Source: an uncultured virus (IMG/VR IMGVR_UViG_3300006128_000010)
Lineage: Duplodnaviria; Heunggongvirae; Uroviricota; Caudoviricetes
Virus record (IMG/VR): IMGVR_UViG_3300006128_000010
DNA length: 57,945 bases
Reading direction: 5' to 3' (one strand)
Part shown: piece by piece, positions 1 through 10,143 of the stretch
Position numbering within the stretch: the stretch's first letter is position 1
How the letters are laid out: the number at the start of each line of letters is the position of its first letter
Notes under the pieces: model-generated
Seen by the model: only the letters and a program-made list of their open reading frames with translations
What the model was told of the DNA's origin: nothing
The model's database searches: none
Program-made: the position numbers and the translations under genes

Positions 1-2
1 GA

Positions 3-473
3 TTGTAATGCAGCGGCTATATTTCCGTGTAGTGTGGGATTGTTAACCCATGGTTGTGTAGTATTAAGGCTTTGATAACCGAACTGTACGCTATCATTTA
101 AGAATGTGTTTATAGTTGCAAGAAAATTTGATTGTAACTGACCATTTTTAAATAATGATTGTACACTTACACCTGTTTGACTGACATAATAAGTAGCTAA
201 ACTACTAAGACTCTCTACTAACTCGGGTGGTACTGTTTGTCCACCGAATACACCTTTTGCATAGTTGTATACTTCTGCTTTAAGTCCTGATTGATAAGTT
301 GATGGAACATTAGAAAGTACATAATTACTTGCATTAGCACTACCCGGAAGAGTTGTATTATTTGTAGTGTCAACAAAACTATATGAACCATTTGTGCTGG
401 AAATATTTAATTGTCCTGCATTGAGAGCTAATTGTTTTTTAATATTATTAATTACAATATCGTTTGATGCCAT
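3..473 (-). CDS. Hypothetical virion/baseplate-associated protein (runs off the window start)
   Basis: Not in the ORF track. ATG at 473 overlaps the upstream stop (TAATG), and the frame is open to the window edge (MASNDIVINNIKKQLALNAGQLNISS...). Confidence 0.75.
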   Translation of the reverse strand, partial: MASNDIVINNIKKQLALNAGQLNISSTNGSYSFVDTTNNTTLPGSANASNYVLSNVPSTYQSGLKAEVYNYAKGVFGGQTVPPELVESLSSLATYYVSQTGVSVQSLFKNGQLQSNFLATINTFLNDSVQFGYQSLNTTQPWVNNPTLHGNIAAALQ

Positions 474-1561
474 TATAATCTTCCAAAGTTAAATGATCCA
501 TACGGACTTAAGGTTGAACTAGCAGAGGTATTATAAGAGTTTATAAATGAATATCCTGTACCAAGATAGTTACTGGGAATAGATGGATTTGTTGTTAAAC
601 CAAATAGTGTATTTGCAGCTTGAACACCTTGTGTTGTTTGCCCGACAATTTTACCAGCAGTAGGGGAAATTATTCCCAGAGGAGAATTATTAAACAAATT
701 TAATGTGGTATTAGCGATCTGAAAAGCAGAATTAATACTAGACGCTAAATCTGTTGGTAATAAAGTGGATTGTAAACCGCCTAAAGTGCTATATATAGAG
801 CTAGTAATGTCCTGATTAGGAACCGGAACACCCGGTACTTCTGTAGCTGCCTCAATATCAAATCCAAACTGAGCTAGTTGTATTGCCGTAATTGGGGTAC
901 TTGGTAGATATTCAATAGCTTCATATGATAATGTCATTTGTAAATCAGCCATTTCACTTGAACTAGAATCATATTGTTGCCAATCAACTCTGGTAATTTT
1001 TGGGTTGATATAATTTATCTGAGTATAGTATCCGCCATATATAGCATAAACTTCAACTCTATCAAAAAAGTTATAGTGTTCATCTCTAGGATTTAATCCC
1101 CAGCCTGTATCGTATGCAAAGTTTGGATCTGTAACCATTTGATTATAAACAGTTGTTGCACCAGTGGCACTGGTACCTTTTGTTCTACTATCCCCAAAAT
1201 AGAATGTAAAATATCTTCGCCACATTTCTAATGGTATGTTATCAACTGTGTCGTAAAGTCGAATAGTAAATGGGTGATAATTTATTTTTGTATATGCGTA
1301 TCTTTTTCTATTGTACTGGTTTAATTCTTGTACATTCAGCTCAATTTGTGGTTTATCAACCGTATGTATTTTAAAACTAACCCCCGTTTCCCAACTACCC
1401 AATCTATAATAATCTGGATATCTATTCAATGCTGCCTGACTAGCTACAAAATTAGCATAGAACATGTATTTGTATCTGGGAATGGCTCCAAATACAGTTG
1501 CAGGTCCGCCTCTTGCTTTAAAGAATGTGGATGCTAATGGTTTTTGACGTACGTATTGCAT
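473..1561 (-). CDS. Tail tube-like protein (gp19/gp48/gp54 family, probable tube initiator)
   Basis: DKPQIELNVQELNQYNRKRYAYTKINYHPFTIRLYD and YDSSSSEMADLQMTLSYE parallel the tube fold of the adjacent gene. Confidence 0.7.
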   Translation of the reverse strand: MQYVRQKPLASTFFKARGGPATVFGAIPRYKYMFYANFVASQAALNRYPDYYRLGSWETGVSFKIHTVDKPQIELNVQELNQYNRKRYAYTKINYHPFTIRLYDTVDNIPLEMWRRYFTFYFGDSRTKGTSATGATTVYNQMVTDPNFAYDTGWGLNPRDEHYNFFDRVEVYAIYGGYYTQINYINPKITRVDWQQYDSSSSEMADLQMTLSYEAIEYLPSTPITAIQLAQFGFDIEAATEVPGVPVPNQDITSSIYSTLGGLQSTLLPTDLASSINSAFQIANTTLNLFNNSPLGIISPTAGKIVGQTTQGVQAANTLFGLTTNPSIPSNYLGTGYSFINSYNTSASSTLSPYGSFNFGRL

Positions 1562-1566
1562 ACTGA

Positions 1567-1573
1567 TATTTAG
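1567..1573 (-). promoter_or_regulatory. Late promoter-like box CTAAATA
   Basis: 5 nt upstream of ATG 1561 and just past the tube terminator. Confidence 0.55.
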
Positions 1574-1575
1574 TC

Positions 1576-1609
1576 AAAAAATAAGGCTACTTTTTGCAGT
1601 AGCCTTATT
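1576..1609 (-). terminator. Rho-independent terminator after the tail tube gene
   Basis: 12-bp inverted repeat AATAAGGCTACT/AGTAGCCTTATT with a T-run on the minus strand. Confidence 0.8.
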
Positions 1610-1629
1610 GTATTCATTATATTACGCTA

Positions 1630-2226
1630 TTAGCCGGCGAACGGACCAAAACCAGTAATTGGTTGAACCTGTGGCATAATTGTATTGTCCTGTGTTGCAT
1701 TGTCATAACGAACAGTTAATGTGATAGCAACCGGGTCGCTACTAGTGTAGTCCTGACCGTCATATGCAACTGTTTCTAAGTAGCAACCTTCCAAATACCA
1801 GTTTTCTAATACTCCTGTATTTCCGCCGTCTAGTACTTCAATAACTGTAGTAAACTTAAAGTTAATACCAGCAGTGGCACTGGTTTGATCGAAGTGGTTC
1901 ATTTGCTTTTGAACTTGTGCGCCAACTAAACTACTAACACTGTTAGTAACATCGTCGCGTACTTTAATTTCAATGTTATTCCAAGTTGGTTTTTGTGGAA
2001 TATACATGATATTATTGTAGCTATGTAGTGCTGTATTTTCATGGTTTAGTGTTGGACGTCCACAGCTTTCAACTTGTCTTGTTAGACTTAATGCTGCTCC
2101 AGCTGGTCCAAAATTCTGCATGCTAACCCTAAATCTGTATTTCAGTTTAGGCATTAGAATGCCAACGCCACTTGTTCCCGGTACTAGTGGTACACCGAAT
2201 TTACTAAGTGTAGGTTGGAATGCCAT
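1630..2226 (-). CDS. Tail tube protein (T4 gp19-like)
   Basis: PKLKYRFRV...CGRPTL...W.NIEIKVRDD...ENWYLEGCYL...ITLTVRYDNA. Start moved to ATG 2226, which follows a GGAGGA SD. Confidence 0.85.
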   Translation of the reverse strand: MAFQPTLSKFGVPLVPGTSGVGILMPKLKYRFRVSMQNFGPAGAALSLTRQVESCGRPTLNHENTALHSYNNIMYIPQKPTWNNIEIKVRDDVTNSVSSLVGAQVQKQMNHFDQTSATAGINFKFTTVIEVLDGGNTGVLENWYLEGCYLETVAYDGQDYTSSDPVAITLTVRYDNATQDNTIMPQVQPITGFGPFAG

Positions 2227-2250
2227 ATTATCCTCCAAATGTATGCATTG

Positions 2251-2258
2251 TATTTATA
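2251..2258 (-). promoter_or_regulatory. T4-type late promoter TATAAATA
   Basis: Exact T4 gp55 consensus upstream of the tube gene. Confidence 0.75.
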
Positions 2259-2351
2259 CAACTTGGTCTGATTAGATTCTGTGGATAGTTAAAATAGCAA
2301 ATTTACAGTTTATATAAATTAATAACTTACAATATCTAGTAAATGATTGAG

Positions 2352-3059
2352 TTAAGTCCAACTGTAAGAAAAAGAACCAGCGACACCATCACTGCCAGGT
2401 GTGCCGGATCCATAAATTCCATCCGAACCAGCGGGGCCACCTGTGCCGTGACCACCACCACTAGCAGATAATGAATCACCAAAACTAGGAGCATTGGCTG
2501 TAAATCGATGTGTATAACTTGCTGTACCCGATGAACCACCACCCCCCGGGCCGCCATTGCCGGCGATAGATCCGCCAGAACCGGGGCCACCGCCGCCGCC
2601 GCCACCTACACTGGGCGCCCTACTTCCGCTGTCAGGAGTTCCTTGTCCACCCGGTGTTCTGAATCCGCCGCCGCCGCCGCCGGCACCGGCGCCAGCTGAT
2701 GCAAGTGTTGTACCACCGTTTACAACTGTTATAGCTGTTCCAGGTGTTCCAGGTGACCCGTCGCTACCGACAGGTCCAAACTTAGGATCAAGTATGTAAA
2801 CAGCACCGCCACCGCCGCCGCCGCCGCCGCCGATAACAGTAATAGTTAATGTTTGATACGCTGGTACTGTAAAAGGATTAGAAGATGAACTACCAGGTGT
2901 TGGTTTGTTTGCAAGAGAGCTTATAGAAGTTGACTGTCTAGCAGTAGATCCGTGAGCCATGTATAATAGATCAGTGTTACTCATACTGAAGCCAGTAGAA
3001 GGCCATCCTAAAATACTAGCGATTTCACTAAATTTTATATTAGTAGATCCTAATGGCAA
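2352..3059 (-). CDS. Glycine-rich fibre/adhesin-like protein
   Basis: Several poly-Gly tracts (VIGGGGGGGGGA, AGAGAGGGGGG). TTG start after a GGAG SD, with GATAAATA at 3091-3098. Confidence 0.65.
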   Translation of the reverse strand: MPLGSTNIKFSEIASILGWPSTGFSMSNTDLLYMAHGSTARQSTSISSLANKPTPGSSSSNPFTVPAYQTLTITVIGGGGGGGGGAVYILDPKFGPVGSDGSPGTPGTAITVVNGGTTLASAGAGAGGGGGGFRTPGGQGTPDSGSRAPSVGGGGGGGPGSGGSIAGNGGPGGGGSSGTASYTHRFTANAPSFGDSLSASGGGHGTGGPAGSDGIYGSGTPGSDGVAGSFSYSWT

Positions 3060-3106
3060 TTTGGTTCTCCTGCAATTTAAAATGTAAAATTATTTATCAA
3101 GTTAAT

Positions 3107-3415
3107 TTATGCTCGACCTATTCTGCCATGTACATGTTTGTCTTTTTCTATAGTTCCCAATAATGTATGCTCTTTTATTGTTTTTCTGGTTATATTAGAA
3201 TATTTACGCTGACTTTTAGGATCAAACTGACCTATAATATGACCTAAATTAACACTTAATGCGTTAATAACAATATCACGTGCTTGTTCTTCTCCGACAC
3301 CGGCACGTAGACTTTCATGCAAATCACATATAGATTCATATAATTTACTGCTGACAAATTCTAATAAATCGTCATCAGATTCTGTTTCATTTTCTTTTAA
3401 ATTATCATCAGACAT
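3107..3415 (-). CDS. Hypothetical protein
   Basis: 102-aa ORF with an acidic N-terminus, overlapping the upstream ORF by 8 nt. Confidence 0.6.
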   Translation of the reverse strand: MSDDNLKENETESDDDLLEFVSSKLYESICDLHESLRAGVGEEQARDIVINALSVNLGHIIGQFDPKSQRKYSNITRKTIKEHTLLGTIEKDKHVHGRIGRA

Positions 3416-3602
3416 ACTTAGATCCAGACTTCATCAAGAGGTTAACTATGGACTTTCCGTCGGCGTCATTACCCTCTGGATAATTCTGTTCTAACCATTC
3501 CTTAACTTCTACACAGGTTCGTTCTTCATTTGCAACTAATCGTAGCATTTGGACAGCTTCTTCTAATTGTATTTTGAGTGCTTGTACCGGAGATTTGTTC
3601 AT
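3408..3602 (-). CDS. Hypothetical protein (probably leaderless)
   Basis: 64-aa ORF whose ATG lies 6 nt after a TTGACT-N17-TAGTAT promoter. Confidence 0.6.
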   Translation of the reverse strand: MNKSPVQALKIQLEEAVQMLRLVANEERTCVEVKEWLEQNYPEGNDADGKSIVNLLMKSGSKYV

Positions 3603-3608
3603 ACTTAT

Positions 3609-3678
3609 ATACTACCACCATTTCAAACAGTAGTCAAGGGAATACTATTGACTTTATGGATAGAACCCGCTATAAATA
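3609..3678. promoter_or_regulatory. Divergent sigma70-type promoters; the plus-strand one overlaps a late TATAAATA box
   Basis: Minus strand: TTGACT(3637-3632)-N17-TAGTAT(3614-3609). Plus strand: TTGACT(3648)-N17-TATAAATA(3671-3678). Confidence 0.65.
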
Positions 3679-3706
3679 TATAGAAGTATAACAAAGATAA
3701 ATTTAT

Positions 3707-5252
3707 ATGCCGATAATATGTCAGTTGTGCAATCAAAGTTTTGATAAACAAATCAATAATAAACATTTGAAATACAAGCACAATATTACCACCATTGAGT
3801 ATAAAGCACAATTTGGTAAAAATAGTCTATCTTCTCCGGAATATAGAGTAGAACGTAGTAATCGAGTTAGCGGCACAAATAATCCAATGTTTGGTAAAAC
3901 TCATAGCGATAATGCTAAACAATTAATTAGTAATAAAAATCATAGTAAAACTCCTCATAATAAGGGTAAGAAAGTATCTGATCCAACAGTTCTACAAACA
4001 ATTAAAGAGGCTATGATAAAACGAGAAGAAAATTATCGCATAAATGATAATCACCCAAGAAAAGGATCAACTTTATCCGATGATAGTAAAAGCAAAATAT
4101 CTAATTCAGTAAAAGCATATGCTAAAGAACACTCCAATGAATTAAAAGAACGAGCACAAGTTATTTTTACAAACCAAAATTGATAATGGATATTTTAGTA
4201 AGCTTAGAGCTAAAACTTCTGAAAAGAGGTCATTGAACTGGTCACAGGTTGGATACGTTTCTGAACCTATAAATGATCAATATATAAAATTAACTCATGT
4301 ACTGTGTAGTCATTCATTTACTAGACATAAAAGCAGTATTTTAAATCCAGAATTATGTGACTATTGTTTTGAGACAAAATCAGTGAGTCAAGATAAAGTA
4401 GCATTGCGAGAATGGATTAGTTCTATAATTGACCATGAAATCATATATCAAGATAAATCTATCTTAAAAAATGGATTTGAAATAGATATTTTAATACCAC
4501 GTCTAAAATTAGGAATAGAATATAATGGGTTATATTGGCATAGTGAAGAAATTGGTAAATCTAAATGGTACCATTCTACTAAACATAATAAATGTGCAGA
4601 ACAAGGTATTAGATTAATTCAGATATTTGAAGATGAATGGCTTTACAAGCAAAATATTGTTAAAACAAGATTACGACATATATTAAAATTAAATCAACAA
4701 CCATCTAAGATATCAGCTAGAAAATGTATTGTAGAGTCAATTCAATCATCTGTTGCTAAGTTATTCTACGAGAAATATCATATACAAGGCAGGGGTACTG
4801 GTACAGTAGCATATGCATTAATATATCAAAATGATATTGTTGCTGTAATGGATTTTGCACCACTTAGTCGTGCTAAAGGTCAACGTGCAAAAGACGGAAA
4901 TTGGGAACTCACTAGATTTAGTGTTAATGGGCATATCCCGGGTGCGGCTGGTAAATTATTTTCAGCATTTATTAAATCACATGATCCCGAATCTATTATC
5001 AGTTATAGCGATTGCAGATGGAATACTGGAACTGTATATGAACGATTAGGATTTATTAAACAAGGAACCACTACACCAAATTATTGGTATATAGAGGGCA
5101 ACAAACGACATCACCGATACAAATATCGTAAAGATCAGTTAATAAAGGAAGGGTTTGATTTCAATAAAACTGAACGAGAAATAATGCAAGAAAGAGGTTT
5201 TAAACGTATCTGGGATTGCGGCCACGATAAATGGATTTGGTCAAGGAAATAG
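3707..5252 (+). pseudogene. Free-standing homing endonuclease (NUMOD3 repeats, Hef/Vsr-like nuclease, GNAT/Mom-like C-terminus) split by a +1 frameshift
   Basis: ORF 3707-4183 has a Zn-finger and NPMFGKTHSD NUMOD3 motifs. ORF 4233-5252 has EIDILIP..GIEYNGLYWHS, QIFEDEW and RIWDCG. Both frames are open over 4146-4180. Confidence 0.75.
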
Positions 5253-5287
5253 CGGGAGTTTGAAGTCCCGCTATTATTATTTTTTGT
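5248..5287. terminator. Bidirectional terminator between the endonuclease and sheath genes
   Basis: 10-bp stem AATAGCGGGA/TCCCGCTATT between convergent genes, followed by a T-rich tract. Confidence 0.8.
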
Positions 5288-5289
5288 TA

Positions 5290-8200
5290 TTAAGCTGTTG
5301 CGTTTCCTGACAAAGCACCCGGCATTGGATCGCCGGTGTTAAGCAATCGAATCGGTATATAGATAAACTCTATTGCCTTTTCTGGTTTAATTGCTATGTC
5401 AATCCATAATTGATTTTGATCAATGACAGTTGGACTATTATTGCTTGTATCACAAACAACTGCAAAATCGTATATTGCACGTAAACCAACTAGTGTTCCC
5501 ATAAATCCAGTAAATGTAGTAGTCACTGCACTACGAGTCTGAGTATCATTTGGTTCAAACAAGAATGGTTTTGCAAGGTTATCTAATTGATAATTTAGAT
5601 AATTTACGAGTCTTGCAACATTTACGCGGTCCATTGCGCTAACAACAGGTGATAATGTCTTTTGACCGTATATTACTAATCCTCTGTTTGGAATATATGC
5701 AACAGGATTAATATCATTAGTATACATTACATCACGCTGTCCCTGGTTTAACTGAGTAAACTGGAATACATTTTGTGATGTTAAGTAACCAACACTGTTA
5801 ACATTTGAAACCAACCCACGATTAAATCCTGCAGGAGCAAACCACGGATAAGCAACTTGATCGTTATAAGCATAAGTATTTAAGGCCATTACACTAGGTG
5901 GAACAAATACTGAACTACCATCTAAGTTAGTGGCAAGTGCCCACGGATAGTAAACTGCTGCATATTCACTGTGAGTTACCAATCCATTAGGTCCGTCAAG
6001 TAAAACACCGTTTTGATTGGTTGCCCAAGCTTGTATGCTAGTTCCATCCGGAGTAAGTCTTGCAGGAGTATCACTAATAACAAATGCAATGTCACTCTTA
6101 TCTGCATTTAGGGATACCATGTCGCTAATTGTTTCTGTATATCCCGGACATGCCATAAGATTAAAGTAAGCTTGTTCGGCTCTTGCATCTTGATTACTTG
6201 CTATTACCGACTTTAATGCTGCAACAATGATACTACGTTGTGCCCAATGTCCCATGTATGGTGTACCATCTGGTTTATTACCACTTGCGGTTACCCAACA
6301 ATCTGGATAGACTGCTGTCGGTAAATGACCCGGTGTCCATACCTTAACATTATTAGTGCTATATCTAGTGTTAAACAATAATAGTCCTCGCGGATATAGT
6401 TCTGCGTTTGGGGCATCCGAGTCAACATAATTACTCTTAGCCATTGCAGCAGGAGTAGCTGGACCATTTTTAGTACCATCTGCTGTACTACGAGCGTCAG
6501 TGAATAGAATACCAGCAGAACTAGAATGATCTGTGTTATCTATTAATATCCAAGAAGCTGTAGAAAGACTATAACGATGAATTTTTGGATAATTTTCAAG
6601 ATCACTTGTATCAATCCAAATATCATAATCTGCTAAAGGTGTCCCGTCACTTTGTGTAAGTGGAGATCCGCTGTTTAATATAGGACCGTTTGGATCTGTA
6701 CCGGGATATGCGTTTAAGTATCCGTGCCATACTTGACCATTACTTACCATAATATCAACTTGCAGATTAGTGTTGTACCAATATGTACCTGCTGCTGGTG
6801 GCCCAACTGGTGCAGTTAAACTTGGTGTATAGACCAGTGAAACCCAACTAGCACCGTTCCACACCATTAATACCTGATTGGCTTCTGGTGGTGTATCACT
6901 GTCACTGTTGTACATCATGAACACACTACCAATACCCTTAGCTGCACCAAATCCGCTATCTGCATAAGCTGTACTGCTGTAAACAGGTATAACACCAGTG
7001 CTCGGCGTGGTGTTTAGTGCTACCCATTTACCACTTTGATACTGTTTAACAACAAATGAAACACCTCTATTTTGTGTAGTAGTGTTGATCCATATATTGT
7101 CAACAGCTTGATCAGATGCTGTATTAGGAACTGTTAATGCTGGGCTATAACCTTGATATATAAGCTTTCTTCCAAATGTATAACCAACCTGTATACCAGC
7201 TGTATTTAATGGTGTTCCGCTTATATCTTTTAGTGTAAAGTTAGTTCCATTTGGATTCGAAATCTTTAAATAATGATTTGAGCCATTTGTAACTATACTT
7301 GCAACACTCAATCCAACATTTGTAAATGCCGGAAAAGCATTATTAATTTCTGCTACCAAATCAGATAGTGTTGTACTGGGTACATTAATATCAACAGCTG
7401 ATCCAGTACCCAAATCAATACTGAATACGTCACTAGCTGTATAACCTTTAGTTAAATTAAATGTAGCATTGCTACCAGACCCGCCTGTTACTGCAACAGG
7501 GTTTGGTGGAAATGCACTGTAACTACCAGCAGTAGCAATAGAAACAGTACCAACACCCCAGGTTAAATTAAAGCTTGCAAGACTTCCGCTGCCACTTGTC
7601 GAACCTGTTAAAGGGTTAGTCGGAGCAGTAGTATTAAACTGTCCTGCTTGTAGTATACTAACAGCAGTTATTACACCTCCTGCTGATACAGTTTCGACTC
7701 TTAATATCACTGGTGAAATATATCCTGCACCAGAAATTGTTATAGTATCTCTTGGGCTGTATCCAGATCCAGCTGACTGAATTCCGGCAGTAACAGCAGT
7801 TATGCTGGTAACAGTTAATACTGTATTAGAACTAGAAGTGCCGCCTACAACTGTAAGTGAATCGGTAACTGCATATCCTGTGCCAGGTGCAGCTACAAGA
7901 GCACTTGCTGTAACCATTGTTGGGCTGTTAAATGTTGGATTAGCTACTGTACCAGTAATTGACCCAAAGTATGTTTGTGATGTTGATATACCAGCATCTG
8001 CAAATGGATGTTGACCACCTGTGTGATCGCTATTATCATGTAACCATAAATCAGTACTGTCATAGTTAATTAACTGTAGGTAATTGTTATTACCTGATGT
8101 ACTTTTCTTGGCTATTATATTAAAATCATAAGAATTAAATACTGTGTTTAATGCACCAATGAATCCATCAAGTGTTCCGCCTGCTGGAACTGTTACTTGA

Positions 8201-9372
8201 TACTCAGTACCATAATCAGATACAAAACTTATACTTTCACCTGCTGTAAATGTTGGATTTGGAACACTACCTGTGATTACACGAGGTACAGCTTCCCTCC
8301 AAGCCCATCCTGGATAACTTGAATTAACACTACCTACTTTGAACCACCAACTAGTAGTAGCACTAGCAGTTACTTGTGATATTTTTTGCCAAATGCCATT
8401 CTTTATTACACCTTCGACTGAATCAACTGTGATAGTATCAACTGCAAAATCACCCTCTTTTCCGAAGCTTGATGCAGGTAATGTGTAATTAGTCGGAGTT
8501 GATGACGCAAATCCTAAATCATCAAGAATAGTTGAATTACTACCAGATAAGTTTATCACTATATCTGGGTTTGACGATACTATTCTGATATTGAACATGT
8601 CACCGTACATCATGCCATTTAATGTAGTTCCGTCTGCATAAAACTTACCGCTTCTTGCATACACAACTGCTATAATTCCTGCACTGTTTAGTGCAGGAAC
8701 ACTATTGATTTTGTTAACAACTGATGTAATACTATCACCTGCTGTGAGTGACACAGATGTACCATTAATAGTTAGAACATTTGTAACGCTAATTAAACTA
8801 GCAGTTGGATCAATAACTGGAATTGCAATTTGACCTTGTACTATAGTTTCTAAGTTAGCCTTGTCTGTGATTACCAACGGGGTAGACGACTGCCATGTGT
8901 AAGATGTGTCTGGATTTCCGTTGCTCTTAAATATACCCCATGATGTATTATTGGTATCAAGCCAATAAGTACCAGCAGTTGCTGAGCTTGTTGGGGCATT
9001 ACTACTAGGAGCAAGTTGTGCTAGATCAACATCTGCTCTTATTACATATGCACTATTAGCAACACCTAAATATTGATAAAGAGCAAATAATCCTAACTCG
9101 TTTAATTCGTTGTCATATTGCGGAGTTCCTGCTACACTGTAAAAATTTGGAGTACCAAATGTTTGAAGTGCATCTCTCTGACTAGTAGCAAGATATAAAG
9201 ATCCAGCATTGGACTTTATTGTACCGCTAGCAATAGCAGTTGAACTACCTGGTTGAAATTTATTTTCTGCAGTTGCAATAACAATTAATGGAACAGTGCC
9301 TGTGCCTGCTGTGGCATAAAAGCTCTCATCAGTGACTGTTACGCTTACACCTGGGGATACTAATGTAACCAT
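5290..9372 (-). CDS. Contractile tail sheath protein (gp18-like) with a large insertion
   Basis: LVSPGVSVTVTDES N-terminus; YYPW, WFAPAGFNRG, INPV, YGQKTL, DRVNVARL, FEPND and IKPEKAIEFIYIPI. Start set at ATG 9372 after GAGAGG. Confidence 0.95.
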   Translation of the reverse strand: MVTLVSPGVSVTVTDESFYATAGTGTVPLIVIATAENKFQPGSSTAIASGTIKSNAGSLYLATSQRDALQTFGTPNFYSVAGTPQYDNELNELGLFALYQYLGVANSAYVIRADVDLAQLAPSSNAPTSSATAGTYWLDTNNTSWGIFKSNGNPDTSYTWQSSTPLVITDKANLETIVQGQIAIPVIDPTASLISVTNVLTINGTSVSLTAGDSITSVVNKINSVPALNSAGIIAVVYARSGKFYADGTTLNGMMYGDMFNIRIVSSNPDIVINLSGSNSTILDDLGFASSTPTNYTLPASSFGKEGDFAVDTITVDSVEGVIKNGIWQKISQVTASATTSWWFKVGSVNSSYPGWAWREAVPRVITGSVPNPTFTAGESISFVSDYGTEYQVTVPAGGTLDGFIGALNTVFNSYDFNIIAKKSTSGNNNYLQLINYDSTDLWLHDNSDHTGGQHPFADAGISTSQTYFGSITGTVANPTFNSPTMVTASALVAAPGTGYAVTDSLTVVGGTSSSNTVLTVTSITAVTAGIQSAGSGYSPRDTITISGAGYISPVILRVETVSAGGVITAVSILQAGQFNTTAPTNPLTGSTSGSGSLASFNLTWGVGTVSIATAGSYSAFPPNPVAVTGGSGSNATFNLTKGYTASDVFSIDLGTGSAVDINVPSTTLSDLVAEINNAFPAFTNVGLSVASIVTNGSNHYLKISNPNGTNFTLKDISGTPLNTAGIQVGYTFGRKLIYQGYSPALTVPNTASDQAVDNIWINTTTQNRGVSFVVKQYQSGKWVALNTTPSTGVIPVYSSTAYADSGFGAAKGIGSVFMMYNSDSDTPPEANQVLMVWNGASWVSLVYTPSLTAPVGPPAAGTYWYNTNLQVDIMVSNGQVWHGYLNAYPGTDPNGPILNSGSPLTQSDGTPLADYDIWIDTSDLENYPKIHRYSLSTASWILIDNTDHSSSAGILFTDARSTADGTKNGPATPAAMAKSNYVDSDAPNAELYPRGLLLFNTRYSTNNVKVWTPGHLPTAVYPDCWVTASGNKPDGTPYMGHWAQRSIIVAALKSVIASNQDARAEQAYFNLMACPGYTETISDMVSLNADKSDIAFVISDTPARLTPDGTSIQAWATNQNGVLLDGPNGLVTHSEYAAVYYPWALATNLDGSSVFVPPSVMALNTYAYNDQVAYPWFAPAGFNRGLVSNVNSVGYLTSQNVFQFTQLNQGQRDVMYTNDINPVAYIPNRGLVIYGQKTLSPVVSAMDRVNVARLVNYLNYQLDNLAKPFLFEPNDTQTRSAVTTTFTGFMGTLVGLRAIYDFAVVCDTSNNSPTVIDQNQLWIDIAIKPEKAIEFIYIPIRLLNTGDPMPGALSGNATA

Positions 9373-9409
9373 ACCTATACCTCTCAATCTAATAAAATGT
9401 ATGCTAGAT

Positions 9410-9417
9410 TATTTATA
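9410..9417 (-). promoter_or_regulatory. T4-type late promoter TATAAATA
   Basis: Exact consensus upstream of the sheath gene. Confidence 0.75.
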
Positions 9418-9522
9418 CATAACTCTATTAATATACCGTTTTTCTCAGTTAACCTATAAGTTAATGTTGATAATCAGATAGTAGTGATAGTATTGTATAA
9501 ATTAAATCTAAGGGTTGACTAA

Positions 9523-10143
9523 ATGAATATTATCGGAATTGTTGGATTTATCGGAAGCGGTAAAGGTACTGTTGGACAATATCTTGTAGATAAACATGAT
9601 TTTATAGAAACTAGTTTTGCTAAAACATTAAAAGATGCAGTTTCTGCTATTTTTCGTTGGCCTAGAGATTTACTAGAAGGTGATACCGTTGAAAGTAGAG
9701 AATGGCGTGAGCAAGTTGATCCGTGGTGGAGTAAGAAAATGGGCAGACCCGTTACTCCGCGATGGGTTCTACAATATATTGGTACCGATGTTATGCGTAT
9801 GCACTTTAATACTAACATTTGGATTTGGAGTGTTGAAAAACAAATTCACGATCAAAAAAAGAACATAGTTATTACAGATGTTAGATTTCCAAATGAAATT
9901 AATCTACTCAGAGAGCTAGGCGGAAAAATTGTCTGGGTTAGAAAAACAGAATTACCAGAATGGTACGATGCTGCTATGGATCAAAACAAACAACTCGGTT
10001 ATGATATGACTAAAAAATACGAAAATATTCATTTGAGCGAGTGGGCGTGGATTGGTGCACCGATTGATGCAACCATACACAATGATAAAACAATCAAAGA
10101 TTTATACAAGGTAACAGATCAATGTTTGGAGAAATTAATATAA
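9523..10143 (+). CDS. Deoxynucleoside monophosphate kinase (T4 gp1-like)
   Basis: P-loop GFIGSGKGT, SFAKTLKD, TPRWVLQYIGTDVMR, ITDVRFPNE, HLSEW. Confidence 0.92.
   Translation: MNIIGIVGFIGSGKGTVGQYLVDKHDFIETSFAKTLKDAVSAIFRWPRDLLEGDTVESREWREQVDPWWSKKMGRPVTPRWVLQYIGTDVMRMHFNTNIWIWSVEKQIHDQKKNIVITDVRFPNEINLLRELGGKIVWVRKTELPEWYDAAMDQNKQLGYDMTKKYENIHLSEWAWIGAPIDATIHNDKTIKDLYKVTDQCLEKLI

Noticed and set aside
2336..2799. Alternative-frame Ala/Val-rich and Pro-rich ORFs
   Set aside because: By-products of the GGC glycine tracts in the real gene.
4181..4186. Possible stop-codon reassignment (TGA read-through) explaining the split endonuclease
   Set aside because: TGA is followed by an in-frame TAA and the downstream half is in another frame. 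TAA, TAG and TGA all end intact genes elsewhere in the window.
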